Below, piece by piece: positions 42,983 through 51,570 of a stretch of DNA of 64,000 nt. The position numbers were made by a program, and so were the translations under genes. Each line of letters starts with the position of its first letter. The first letter of the stretch is position 1. This DNA comes from an uncultured Actinomycetota bacterium (lineage in GTDB: Bacteria > Actinomycetota > Actinomycetes > JAHEKZ01). Location of the stretch: positions 320,001 through 384,000 of the forward strand of contig CAWHIJ010000003.1 of NCBI GenBank assembly GCA_963829525.1. Reading direction: 5' to 3'. Below the pieces are notes generated by a model. That model was not told the origin of the DNA and made no database searches. It was given only the letters and a program-made list of their open reading frames with translations.

Positions 42983-44341
42983 GTGGTGGTTTGGGAGACT
43001 GACGCGGTGGTTCCCCCCTCCCTTGCTCCCAGCCTCGGCGATGCCGCGCGGACGTGGGCGTACGTCGGAGTCAACAGCTTCGGGGGACCGGCTGGCCAGA
43101 TCGCCGTCATGCACCGAGTCGTCGTTGACGAGCGACGGTGGATCGACGAGAAGCGCTACCTGCACGCGCTCAACTTCTGCATGGTGTTGCCCGGACCAGA
43201 GGCACTCCAGCTAGCGGTGTATCTCGGGTGGGTGCTCAACGGCGTCACCGGCGGCTTGATCGCTGGCGTTTTCTTCGTCATCCCGGGCCTGGCAGTGATG
43301 GCGGTCCTTGCCGCCATCTATTCCTCGTTCGGCGACATCGGCTGGATCTCCGCGCTGCTCTTCGGCATTCAGACCGCCGTCATCGCGATTGTGGTGCAGG
43401 CTGTCATACGAGTGGGACGCCGCTCGCTCCGGACACCACTCCTCGTTTCGCTTGCAGTGGGCGCCTTCATCGCACTTGCACTGTTCAACGTTCTCTTCCC
43501 GTTCGTCGTCGTCGCCGCCCTCGTCATCGGTTGGGTGGTTGGCCGTCGATCGCCTCGCGCCTTGCATGTCACCGTCGACCACGACGCCGAAGTGGACCAT
43601 GTTTCGCGGGCGGCAACCCGTTCTGCGCGTCGTGCCGGGTATGCAGCTCTCGTTCTCTGGGCTGTGCCGCTGTTGCTGATCATGGCCACCCTTGGCATGG
43701 AGAACATCCTCAGCCAACAGGCATGGCTGTTCGCGAAGACGGCGGTACTTTCCTTCGGGGGCGCTTACGCGGCGCTTTCGTATGTGTCTCAACAGGCGGT
43801 GGTCAACTACGCCTGGCTCGAACCCCGGGACATGGTTGCTGGATTGGGGTTGGCCGAGACGACGCCGGGGCCACTTGTTCTGGTCATGACTTTCGTCGGG
43901 TATGTGGGTGCCTATCGGGCATCGGATGACCTTGGCCTGCCCGGAGCCGTTGCCGGACTCATCGGGTTCTCCATCGCCGCCTGGGCGACGTTCTTGCCGT
44001 CATTGGGCTTCGTCCTTATCGGCGCGCCATCGGTGGAACGGCTACGGCACAACCCCAGAGTTGCCGGTTCATTGGCAGCGGTGACCGCGGCGGTCGTTGG
44101 CGTCATCGCCGATCTGGCGCTGTGGTTCTCGCTGAACGTCCTCTTCGATGACCTCTCCTGGCGATCTTGGGGACCAATCAGAGTGGAAGTCCCGGTTCCG
44201 GGTTCGCTGGACGGCCCTGCGCTGCTTCTGACGGCGGCAAGCCTGGTCCTGGTGCTCGGGCTGAAGTGGGGGCTGCTTCGCGTTCTGTCGCTCGCGGCGG
44301 CAGCGGGCCTGACGCTGTCCCTCCTCGGCCTTCATCCCTGA
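42983..44341 (+). CDS. chrA: Chromate efflux transporter (long-chain CHR)
   Basis: SFGGPAGQI, LPGPEA, SFGGAYA, AETTPGPL; exact start uncertain. Confidence 0.9.
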   Translation: MVVWETDAVVPPSLAPSLGDAARTWAYVGVNSFGGPAGQIAVMHRVVVDERRWIDEKRYLHALNFCMVLPGPEALQLAVYLGWVLNGVTGGLIAGVFFVIPGLAVMAVLAAIYSSFGDIGWISALLFGIQTAVIAIVVQAVIRVGRRSLRTPLLVSLAVGAFIALALFNVLFPFVVVAALVIGWVVGRRSPRALHVTVDHDAEVDHVSRAATRSARRAGYAALVLWAVPLLLIMATLGMENILSQQAWLFAKTAVLSFGGAYAALSYVSQQAVVNYAWLEPRDMVAGLGLAETTPGPLVLVMTFVGYVGAYRASDDLGLPGAVAGLIGFSIAAWATFLPSLGFVLIGAPSVERLRHNPRVAGSLAAVTAAVVGVIADLALWFSLNVLFDDLSWRSWGPIRVEVPVPGSLDGPALLLTAASLVLVLGLKWGLLRVLSLAAAAGLTLSLLGLHP

Positions 44342-44394
44342 CAATCTTCGTCAAAATCCTCGCGCAAGAGGGCTGACGTTCCTAGGCTCACCGT

Positions 44395-45792
44395 GTGACG
44401 GAGCGCCCAATCGCCCCCAGCACCCTGAATGCGCGAGCTGCGTATCGGAGTGCTGTCGACCGCCTGCGGGTGCAATTCCGCGAGTTGGAAAGCGATGCAC
44501 CCATCAGGCTGGCGAAGCGAACGTCAAATCTCTTTCGCATGCGCGAACCCAATGACACACCCGGTCTGGACGTCGCGGCGTTCTCCGGTGTCATTGAGGT
44601 TGACCCCGTTGGTCGGACGGCAGACGTCCTAGGGATGACCACCTACGAAGACCTCGTTGACGCCACGCTCCGTCATGGGCTTATGCCGCTCGTTGTGCCT
44701 GAGCTGAAGACGATCACCTTGGGGGGCGCCGTCACTGGCCTCGGCATCGAGTCGACGTCGTTCCGCAACGGGTGTCCGCACGAGTCGGTCATCGACTTCG
44801 ACGTTCTGCTCGGCGACGGCCGGGTCATCACCGTGACCCCAGACGGCCCACACGCCGATCTGTTTACCGGATTCCCGAACTCCTACGGGACGCTGGGCTA
44901 CGCGTTGCGACTGCGGATCGAGCTTGAGCCAGTGAAGGCATTCGTCGTGCTGGAGCACTATCAGCACCACTCAGCGGCTGAGGCTGCCCAGACGATTCGC
45001 GAGATTGCACGGACCCGCGAGCACCGTAGCCGCCACGTCGACTTCGTTGACGGTGTCATCTTCGGTCGGAACCGTGTCATCATCACGGTGGCCCGATACG
45101 TCGATGAGGCGCCGTACCTCTCCGACTACACAAGGGCGAGTATCTACTACAAGTCGCTCGTGCAACGCAGCAGCGACTACCTAACGATTCGTGACTATCT
45201 TTGGCGCTGGGACACCGACTGGTTCTGGTGTTCGGGCGCTCTTGGTGTTCAGAATCCGATGGTTCGTCCGTTCCTGCCCCGACGGCTTCTGCGCAGCGAT
45301 GTCTACTGGAAGGCTGTCGGATTCGAACGGCGGCACCGGTGGAAGTCCGGTTGGGATGAAAGGCGTGGCCACCCACCGCGCGAACCGGTGATCCAGGATG
45401 TCGAAGTGCCGGTCGATCGCCTTGATGAGTTCCTCGACTTCTTCCACAGTGAGATCGGCATCGCGCCGGTGTGGATCTGCCCGCTGAGACAGCGCAGAGA
45501 TGATCTGACGTGGGACCTGTACGCCCTTGACCCTGACACGACCTATGTGAATCTCGGCTTCTGGTCGTCGGTGGAGATGACTCCCGGGCAGCGAGATGCT
45601 CACCACAACCGAAGGATCGAAGAGGTTGTCGCCGCGCTCGGAGGAAGAAAGTCGCTCTACTCGTCCTCGTACTACGACGAAGACGTGTTCTGGAGCATCT
45701 ACAACGGGGAGCAGTACGCGTTGTTGAAGAAGCAGTACGACCCGCAGGGTCGGTTGCTTGATCTCTATTCCAAGTGTGTGCGGGGACGTTGA
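44395..45792 (+). CDS. FAD-binding oxidoreductase (TmsA/Rv3719-like)
   Basis: KRTSNLFR, PELKTITLGGA, FPNSYGTLGY, YLWRWDTDWFW, KSLYS. Confidence 0.85.
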   Translation: MTERPIAPSTLNARAAYRSAVDRLRVQFRELESDAPIRLAKRTSNLFRMREPNDTPGLDVAAFSGVIEVDPVGRTADVLGMTTYEDLVDATLRHGLMPLVVPELKTITLGGAVTGLGIESTSFRNGCPHESVIDFDVLLGDGRVITVTPDGPHADLFTGFPNSYGTLGYALRLRIELEPVKAFVVLEHYQHHSAAEAAQTIREIARTREHRSRHVDFVDGVIFGRNRVIITVARYVDEAPYLSDYTRASIYYKSLVQRSSDYLTIRDYLWRWDTDWFWCSGALGVQNPMVRPFLPRRLLRSDVYWKAVGFERRHRWKSGWDERRGHPPREPVIQDVEVPVDRLDEFLDFFHSEIGIAPVWICPLRQRRDDLTWDLYALDPDTTYVNLGFWSSVEMTPGQRDAHHNRRIEEVVAALGGRKSLYSSSYYDEDVFWSIYNGEQYALLKKQYDPQGRLLDLYSKCVRGR

Positions 45793-45800
45793 GGAGGAAC

Positions 45801-47051
45801 ATGGCCACATCATCGGTCGCCACTGCCTTCGGCCGGGTCATCGGTGAGCGTCCGGGGCTTCGCCTGACGGCGTACGACGGCAGTGCGTTCGGAGACGATG
45901 CGGCCGACGTCACCCTCTCCATTCGGTCGCCCGAGGCCGTGCAGTACCTGGCCACTGCGCCGGGTGACCTCGGACTCGCGCGGGCGTTCGTGAGCGGTTC
46001 CCTCGTGGTTGAGGGAAGTTTGCACCGTGCGTTAACTCTGCTCGTGATGGACGGTGCGCAAGATGCCTCGACTCGCGACAAGCTCCAGGTCCTGCGAGAG
46101 CTTGGCGGCTGGGTTCTTCGGCGCCCTCCGCTTCCAGCAGAGGAAGCGTCACCACCATGGCGACGCGGTCTACGGCACAGCAAAGACCGGGATGCCAAGG
46201 CGGTCGCCCACCACTACGACGTGTCCAACCGCTTCTATGAACTGGTACTGGGTTCGTCGATGACCTATACCTGCGCCGTCTACCCGACGCCCGAAACTTC
46301 GCTTGCGGATGCCCAAGCATCCAAGTGCGACCTGGTGGCACGCAAGCTCACGCTTGAGCCAGGTATGCGATTGCTCGATGTCGGGTGCGGCTGGGGCAGC
46401 ATGGTGATGCATGCAGCTGAGCACTATGGAGTCAAAGCCCTAGGGGTGACACTGTCGCAGCAGCAGGCTGAGTGGGCGCAGAAGACGATTGCCGAACGCG
46501 GACTAGCCGATCGTGCCGAGGTGCGCTTTCTCGACTATCGCGACGTGCCGGAGTCAGGTTTCGATGCGATTTCCTCTATCGGGCTGACTGAGCACATCGG
46601 ACGCCGTCAACTCGGCTCGTACTTCACCCGGCTCGTGGGCAAACTGCACCCGGAGGGACGCATGCTCAACCACTGCATTACGCGTCCCACGACGCGGGAG
46701 CGAGCGCGCACTGGCGGGTTCATCGACCGGTACGTATTCCCAGACGGGGAGTTGCTCGGCGTAGGAACCATCGTGTCGTCGATGCAGAATCACGGTCTTG
46801 AGCCTCGACATGACGAGAACCTCCGCGAGCACTACGCGATGACGTGTCGTGACTGGGGCGCCAATCTGGATGCGAACTGGGAAGAGGCCGTCGCCGAGGT
46901 GGGAGAGCGACGTGCGCGAGTGTGGCAGCTCTACATCGCCGCATCACAGGCGGGTTTCGACATCAACAACATCCAGCTGCATCAGATTCTTGGAGTGAAG
47001 CTGGGGAAGGACGGCACCTCCGGGTTCCCACTTCGTTCGAACTTCTCTTGA
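45801..47051 (+). CDS. cfa: SAM-dependent fatty-acyl-phospholipid methyltransferase (Cfa/TmsB-like)
   Basis: HHYDVSNRFY, MTYTCA, LDVGCGWG, FIDRYVFPDG, LREHY. Confidence 0.9.
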   Translation: MATSSVATAFGRVIGERPGLRLTAYDGSAFGDDAADVTLSIRSPEAVQYLATAPGDLGLARAFVSGSLVVEGSLHRALTLLVMDGAQDASTRDKLQVLRELGGWVLRRPPLPAEEASPPWRRGLRHSKDRDAKAVAHHYDVSNRFYELVLGSSMTYTCAVYPTPETSLADAQASKCDLVARKLTLEPGMRLLDVGCGWGSMVMHAAEHYGVKALGVTLSQQQAEWAQKTIAERGLADRAEVRFLDYRDVPESGFDAISSIGLTEHIGRRQLGSYFTRLVGKLHPEGRMLNHCITRPTTRERARTGGFIDRYVFPDGELLGVGTIVSSMQNHGLEPRHDENLREHYAMTCRDWGANLDANWEEAVAEVGERRARVWQLYIAASQAGFDINNIQLHQILGVKLGKDGTSGFPLRSNFS

Positions 47052-48053
47052 CTAGAGCCAACGTCTACGCTTGAACATCACGTAGAGGAGGAGCGAGACG
47101 CCCACCCATATGACGGTGCTTGTCCAGAAGCCGCTGTGTGCCGCGAAACCCGGATAGGGGATGTTCTGCCCGTAGAAGCCGGTGACCGCAGTCGGGACGG
47201 CGATGATGGCCGCCCACGCCGCGAGCTGCCGAGTGACCGTGTTGAGCGAGTGATCGTTGAGTGCGAGACGTGTCTCGTAGATGGTGGTAATCAGGTCGCG
47301 TAGGCCTTCGATGGTGTCGTTGACACGCAGAACGTGGTCGTAGACGTCCTGGAAGTAGGGCTGCATAGCTGCGTTGACGGTTGATCGACCGCCCTCCTCG
47401 TGACGCATGAGTCCCGAAACGAGTTCGCGCATCGGCTGGGCCGCGCGGCGCAGCCGAACCAGCGCCTTACGAGTAGCGAAGCTGTGCTTCTGCGCGTCAC
47501 GCGGGTCGACGTCTCGACTGGGTTGGTCCTGGAACAGAACGTCCTCCATGTCGTCAACCGCGTCAGACAGCGCGTCGACCGTGTCGAGGTATGAGTCGAC
47601 GACAAGGTCAAGAAGTGCGTACAGCAGGGCGGGAATGCCCTGATCGAGCAGCTCAGGATTCTGCTCCCAGCGGGTGACAAGGTCGCTCATTTCGATGGGG
47701 TGCGAGTGCTCCACCGCGATAACGCTCTCGTTTGTGATGATCACCGGCGAACCGCGTAAGTCGAGGGTTGTGTCGTTGCCGAGCTCTGATCGGTAGAGAT
47801 ACAAGAGGACACAGTTGGGGAAGCGCTCGAGCTTAGTGCGGTGAGCTTGAATGCCGTCGCCGTTGGTGCTGTTGATGACCTCTTCGACCGCACGTGGGTG
47901 AATGTCTAGGAGTGGGCCAAGGTGACGCATCTCGTCGGGGGTCACCTGGATCCACACGACACTCTCGGGGTCTGACGCGAGGCCGACGGCGGCAGCGACG
48001 TTGACCGAGCGATGTTCCAGAGAACGTCCTCGCAACTCCCATACGTCGGCCAC
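47052..48053 (-). CDS. corA: CorA-family Mg2+/Co2+ transporter
   Basis: YFQDVYDH, PTAVTGFYGQN (GxN), C-terminal FKRRRWL. Confidence 0.9.
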   Translation of the reverse strand: MADVWELRGRSLEHRSVNVAAAVGLASDPESVVWIQVTPDEMRHLGPLLDIHPRAVEEVINSTNGDGIQAHRTKLERFPNCVLLYLYRSELGNDTTLDLRGSPVIITNESVIAVEHSHPIEMSDLVTRWEQNPELLDQGIPALLYALLDLVVDSYLDTVDALSDAVDDMEDVLFQDQPSRDVDPRDAQKHSFATRKALVRLRRAAQPMRELVSGLMRHEEGGRSTVNAAMQPYFQDVYDHVLRVNDTIEGLRDLITTIYETRLALNDHSLNTVTRQLAAWAAIIAVPTAVTGFYGQNIPYPGFAAHSGFWTSTVIWVGVSLLLYVMFKRRRWL

Positions 48054-48145
48054 GGACCCACGGTAGGGCAGAGATCCGGCCGCTAGGTGCTTTGCCGCCC
48101 CACGCCGCTGCCCGGTACCCTTCTCGGGCGGTCGAAAGACCGTGG

Positions 48146-48236
48146 GGAGGCGTCGCCTAGTCCGGTCGATGGCGCCCGCCTGCTAAGCGGGTTGGGGTCT
48201 TAAAGCCCCTCGGGGGTTCAAATCCCCCCGCCTCCG
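48146..48236 (+). tRNA. tRNA-Ser(GCT)
   Basis: GGAGGCG/CGCCTCC stem, CTGCTAA loop, long variable arm, GTTCAAATC. Confidence 0.95.
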
Positions 48237-48249
48237 CCCCGTCAGTCAT

Positions 48250-48307
48250 CGAGACTGCAGTAGATGCCCACTGAGAGCCCTCAGCGCGGGCATCTACTGC
48301 AGTCTCG
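48250..48307. repeat. Perfect 20-bp inverted repeat CGAGACTGCAGTAGATGCCC with an inner stem (REP-like hairpin or terminator)
   Basis: Arms at 48250-48269 and 48288-48307. Confidence 0.85.
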
Positions 48308-48384
48308 GCGGGTTGTTGCGCCCCGGACTCGATTTCGACGCCTGCTGGGCCCCCGGTAAGGTATCGCTTTGGCCCCTGGGCCAT

Positions 48385-48457
48385 GCGCCCGTAGCTCAAC
48401 GGATAGAGCATCTGACTACGGATCAGAAGGTTGGGAGTTCGAATCTCTCCGGGCGCG
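48385..48457 (+). tRNA. tRNA-Arg(ACG)
   Basis: GCGCCCG/CGGGCGC stem, CTACGGA loop, GTTCGAATC. Confidence 0.96.
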
Positions 48458-48737
48458 CAACGTCAGTGTTTGGTTCCGGCTGATGCGTGACGTTTTGGCT
48501 TCGGCTGATGAGTCACGGTGGTTCCGCATGATCGGTGACACTTCTCCGATGTTGGTGGAGCAGAGATTTCAAGTGGTCGACGTGACGGTAACTGCGTTTC
48601 ATTGCCTCTTCGTCGTGGCCACCCCAGACCGCAACCACGTGTCGGGCACACCCTTCGGCGAAGGGTATGGGCTGGCCGGTCTAGTCTTCCGGCGTGGCTC
48701 GTCATGAGCCAGGGCACCGCCGGAGCAGAATCGCGGC

Positions 48738-49373
48738 ATGGCAGCAGAGGACGCGGGGCCGAGACGCCGACGACTGACGACAGGGCGGCTGGAGGCGTTC
48801 AGCGATGGCGTGTTTGCGATCGCGGTCACGTTGCTCATCTTGGATGTTGCGGTTCCGGCGGACTCGGACAGCAATCTTCTCGCATCGATCGGGGACCAGT
48901 GGCCGTCGTACCTGGCCTACCTGGTGAGTTTCTCGACCATAGGGGCGGTTTGGCTGGCGCACACTGTTATCACGGAGTATCTGGATCGTGCCGATGCGGT
49001 ATTCGTGCGGTTGAACCTGCTGCTCCTGCTGGTGGTTTCATTCTTGCCCTTCCCGACTCGGCTATTGGCGGAGTACGTCGAGGAGAGCGGGGCCGAGCGG
49101 GTGGCGGTCACGATCTACGGGATCAACCTCTTTCTCGCGTCGGTCTTGGTGTCAGTTCTGTGGCGCTACGCCGTTCGGGAACGTCTGCTGCGTCCCGATG
49201 CGAACGACGACGATGTCCGACTGTTGACTCGGCGGCTGACACCGGGTCTCGCCGGATACCTGGTCCTGATTGCGCTCGGGCTCTTCCTGCCCGTCGCTGC
49301 GGTGATCGGATACCTGCTGGTCGCGGTCTACTTCATCGTGCCGATAAGGAAGATCCGACACCGACAGACCTGA
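48738..49373 (+). CDS. TMEM175-family potassium channel
   Basis: RLEAFSDGVFAIAVTLL (RxxxFSD), six TM segments. Confidence 0.9.
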   Translation: MAAEDAGPRRRRLTTGRLEAFSDGVFAIAVTLLILDVAVPADSDSNLLASIGDQWPSYLAYLVSFSTIGAVWLAHTVITEYLDRADAVFVRLNLLLLLVVSFLPFPTRLLAEYVEESGAERVAVTIYGINLFLASVLVSVLWRYAVRERLLRPDANDDDVRLLTRRLTPGLAGYLVLIALGLFLPVAAVIGYLLVAVYFIVPIRKIRHRQT

Positions 49374-49504
49374 CCGGCGTTGGGGCGGCGTCTCAACCTG
49401 TGGTGGCACAACTGTCTCGCAACGATGCGATCCACCTGCCGGCTTGGTGACGCGTCCCTCGCAGGGCACGACACCTGTGCAACCCCATGGCACACCAATG
49501 GCCA

Positions 49505-49548
49505 GACTACGGATCAGGAGGTTGGGAGTTCGAATCTCTCCGGGCGCG
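49505..49548 (+). repeat. tRNA-Arg 3'-half direct repeat (att-like), followed by CCA
   Basis: 43/44 identical to 48414-48457. Confidence 0.95.
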
Positions 49549-49673
49549 CCACAGGACGCCAGGTAAGTACCGGTTACTGCGGTGAAAGGACCGGGCGACT
49601 CTGGGCTTTCGGGGCGCATTACTGCAGCGATTACTGCAGTCCAGTTCGGGAGTGTTGCGGGCAGTCTCTGAAC

Positions 49674-49988
49674 CTAACTTGCCGTGGCGTCGCCGGCGAG
49701 GCCGATGAGGGTTGACCAATCGGGCGCTGCAATCAGTCCGTGCTCCACCCGGGGGAAGGGCAGCGCGAGCGGTTCGAGATGGCGCTGAACGTGCCCGCCG
49801 AACCCGTCGTGACCAACACCGGGTCCCCATACCAGCGTGACGAGCAGTCCCGCCTCCCCGCGGGCGACGACAACCGTGTCTGGTGACACGCCCCCCGAGC
49901 CCTGCCAGCGACGCGCTGCTTCTGCGTACCCGGCGAGGAGCACGTCCGGGTCGCCGGGGAAGTGCAGCATGACCACGTCTTGGCTCAT
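49674..49988 (-). CDS. Small hypothetical protein (possibly dimeric alpha/beta barrel)
   Basis: ATG after AAGGAG; divergent from MarR. Confidence 0.6.
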   Translation of the reverse strand: MSQDVVMLHFPGDPDVLLAGYAEAARRWQGSGGVSPDTVVVARGEAGLLVTLVWGPGVGHDGFGGHVQRHLEPLALPFPRVEHGLIAAPDWSTLIGLAGDATAS

Positions 49989-50039
49989 CGCAGGCTCCTT
50001 CAGTATAGTTTCTTTACTGTGAAAGGACGGTACAGGAAT

Positions 50040-50498
50040 TTGACCAACTCGTCTACGACCGGTGCGCCACTGGTAGGTGCACTGCTTCGTCGGCCGTTCT
50101 TCACGATGCGGCGCCGCATCGTGTCGGCCCTGCACCGGGAGGGTTACACAGACGTGCAGGCGTCTCACCTCGCCGTCTTCCAGTACCCCGGACCCGAGGG
50201 ACGGTCACCCCTGGAGTTGGCGCGGGATGCTCAGGTGAGCAAGCAGGTCATGAACCACCTACTCACCCAGCTCGAGCACGGTCAGTACCTGGAGCGGGTC
50301 ATCAATCCCGGCAATCATCGCCTGCGTCAGGTGGCGCTCACGGAGCAGGGCCACGCTGTCGTGGCGGTGATCCGCTCTGCCGTTGCAGAGGTGGAGTCGG
50401 AGTGGAAGACGGTCCTGGGACCAAGCACCTATCGACAACTGCGTGGCGCCTTGTTGGAACTCGCTGGCCATCTCGAGCTACCCGAGGGGGATCGCTGA
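50040..50498 (+). CDS. MarR-family regulator
   Basis: ELARDAQVSKQVMNHLLTQLEHGQYLER..LTEQG winged helix; CAGTATAG-TTT-CTTTACTG inverted repeat at 50001-50019. Confidence 0.85.
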   Translation: MTNSSTTGAPLVGALLRRPFFTMRRRIVSALHREGYTDVQASHLAVFQYPGPEGRSPLELARDAQVSKQVMNHLLTQLEHGQYLERVINPGNHRLRQVALTEQGHAVVAVIRSAVAEVESEWKTVLGPSTYRQLRGALLELAGHLELPEGDR

Positions 50499-50528
50499 GC
50501 CCGCGATCCCGTGGGGGAGCGGCCCGCG

Positions 50529-50601
50529 ACCGCGGACGACGTCGGCAGAACCGTGGCCCGGGCCATCGAGGCGGGTGTGGTGGGTGGCAACATCGAGGAT
50601 T
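50529..50601 (+). pseudogene. Fragment of an ICL/PEP-mutase family gene
   Basis: TADDVGRTVARAIEAGVVGGNIED is 19/24 aa identical to the intact gene at 52676-52748. Confidence 0.7.
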
Positions 50602-50752
50602 TCGGGCCGAATGATTTGATCAGCGATGGTGCCCTTGCCTTACTGCAACCGTTACTGCAACGCCGAGGAACTGAGGGAGACTCCGGAACACTTCCTGAGA
50701 ATGACGTGAGCGTGCTGACACGTCAGGAGACGTGGTGAGACGGCAAAACTAG

Positions 50753-50796
50753 GACTACGGATCAGAAGGTTGGGAGTTCGAATCTGTCCGGTCGCG
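50753..50796 (+). repeat. tRNA-Arg 3'-half direct repeat (att-like)
   Basis: 42/44 identical to 48414-48457. Confidence 0.95.
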
Positions 50797-51011
50797 CAAC
50801 ATTGCTGCAGGTCAGACGCACCGCGCCGCAGCCGACACCATCTCGACACCGGTGCAAGGGCACAGATACCTCGGTGAAGGAACTGTTTGACCGCCTCCGG
50901 GCATACGGGTTCTTTCCCCTGGTCCTGCTGGATGTTTTCGTTCTCGTCAAGGTCACCGACGATGGCGACCCAACGACTGCGTGCGCTGCTCACTGGGATG
51001 AATCTGACCGC

Positions 51012-51048
51012 ACCACGGATCAGGGGGGGGGGCTTTCGACTGCGTCCG
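51012..51048 (+). repeat. Degenerate tRNA-Arg 3'-half copy
   Basis: Gapless 26/37 match retaining ACGGATCAG..TTCGA..TCCG at the correct spacing. Confidence 0.5.
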
Positions 51049-51124
51049 ACCTATGGATGGCTTTGGCCTCTACCACGCCTCGCATTAGGTCGCCACGATC
51101 GAATTGTCAGGGGGGGTGGATGTC

Positions 51125-51496
51125 ATGACAGCCCCAGTCAGCCAGCGTCCAGTGGTTCCCAAGTCGACGCAATCCGCGTGGCTTGTCCTCGCTGTTGGCA
51201 CGCTTGTTACGTTCTTCCTGGGCGTGGCCTCGCAGTTGGCCGTCTTCATCTCTCTCGGTCTCTGCCTGGACGAGGATCCGGACTTGTGCGATCCGGGCAC
51301 GTATCCCACGACGGCCGAGCATCTGCTCGCCACGATCCCGACCTACGCCCTGTGGGTGGCGCCGGCACTCGTCGCGGTGTTCATGGGATACCGGATCGTG
51401 AAGTCCGGGAACGTTGCCGGGCGCACCGTGATGGTCACCGCGGGTGTCGTTGCTGCTCTCGTGACGGTGGTCGCGACGCTCATGTGGTGGATTTGA
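51125..51496 (+). CDS. Small hypothetical membrane protein (3 TM, Cys-x6-Cys loop)
   Basis: Hydrophobic ORF with high-GC codon usage. Confidence 0.6.
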   Translation: MTAPVSQRPVVPKSTQSAWLVLAVGTLVTFFLGVASQLAVFISLGLCLDEDPDLCDPGTYPTTAEHLLATIPTYALWVAPALVAVFMGYRIVKSGNVAGRTVMVTAGVVAALVTVVATLMWWI

Positions 51497-51524
51497 TTTC
51501 ACGGGTGCAACTGGCTGGGAATTG

Positions 51525-51552
51525 GGGAGTTCGAATCTCTCCGGGCGCACCA
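51525..51552 (+). repeat. tRNA-Arg T-arm/acceptor direct repeat (att-like) ending ACCA
   Basis: GGGAGTTCGAATCTCTCCGGGCGC is 24/24 identical to the tRNA 3' end. Confidence 0.9.
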
Positions 51553-51570
51553 CGTAACGTTCGCCTTAAG

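Larger units (their letters stand above)
49505..50796. mobile_element. Minimal ~1.25-kb integrase-free att-bounded cassette (hypothetical protein + MarR)
   Basis: Bounded by tRNA-Arg 3' repeats; TTACTGCA tandem pairs at 49619/49631 and 50640/50652. Confidence 0.6.

Noticed and set aside
49505-49551. Additional functional tRNA-Arg genes
   Set aside because: The copies lack the 5' acceptor strand and D-arm; they are att-like fragments.
50802-51128. ORF(s) between att copies
   Set aside because: A short hydrophobic stretch suggests a remnant, but there is no clear start or family and it overlaps the degenerate att copy.
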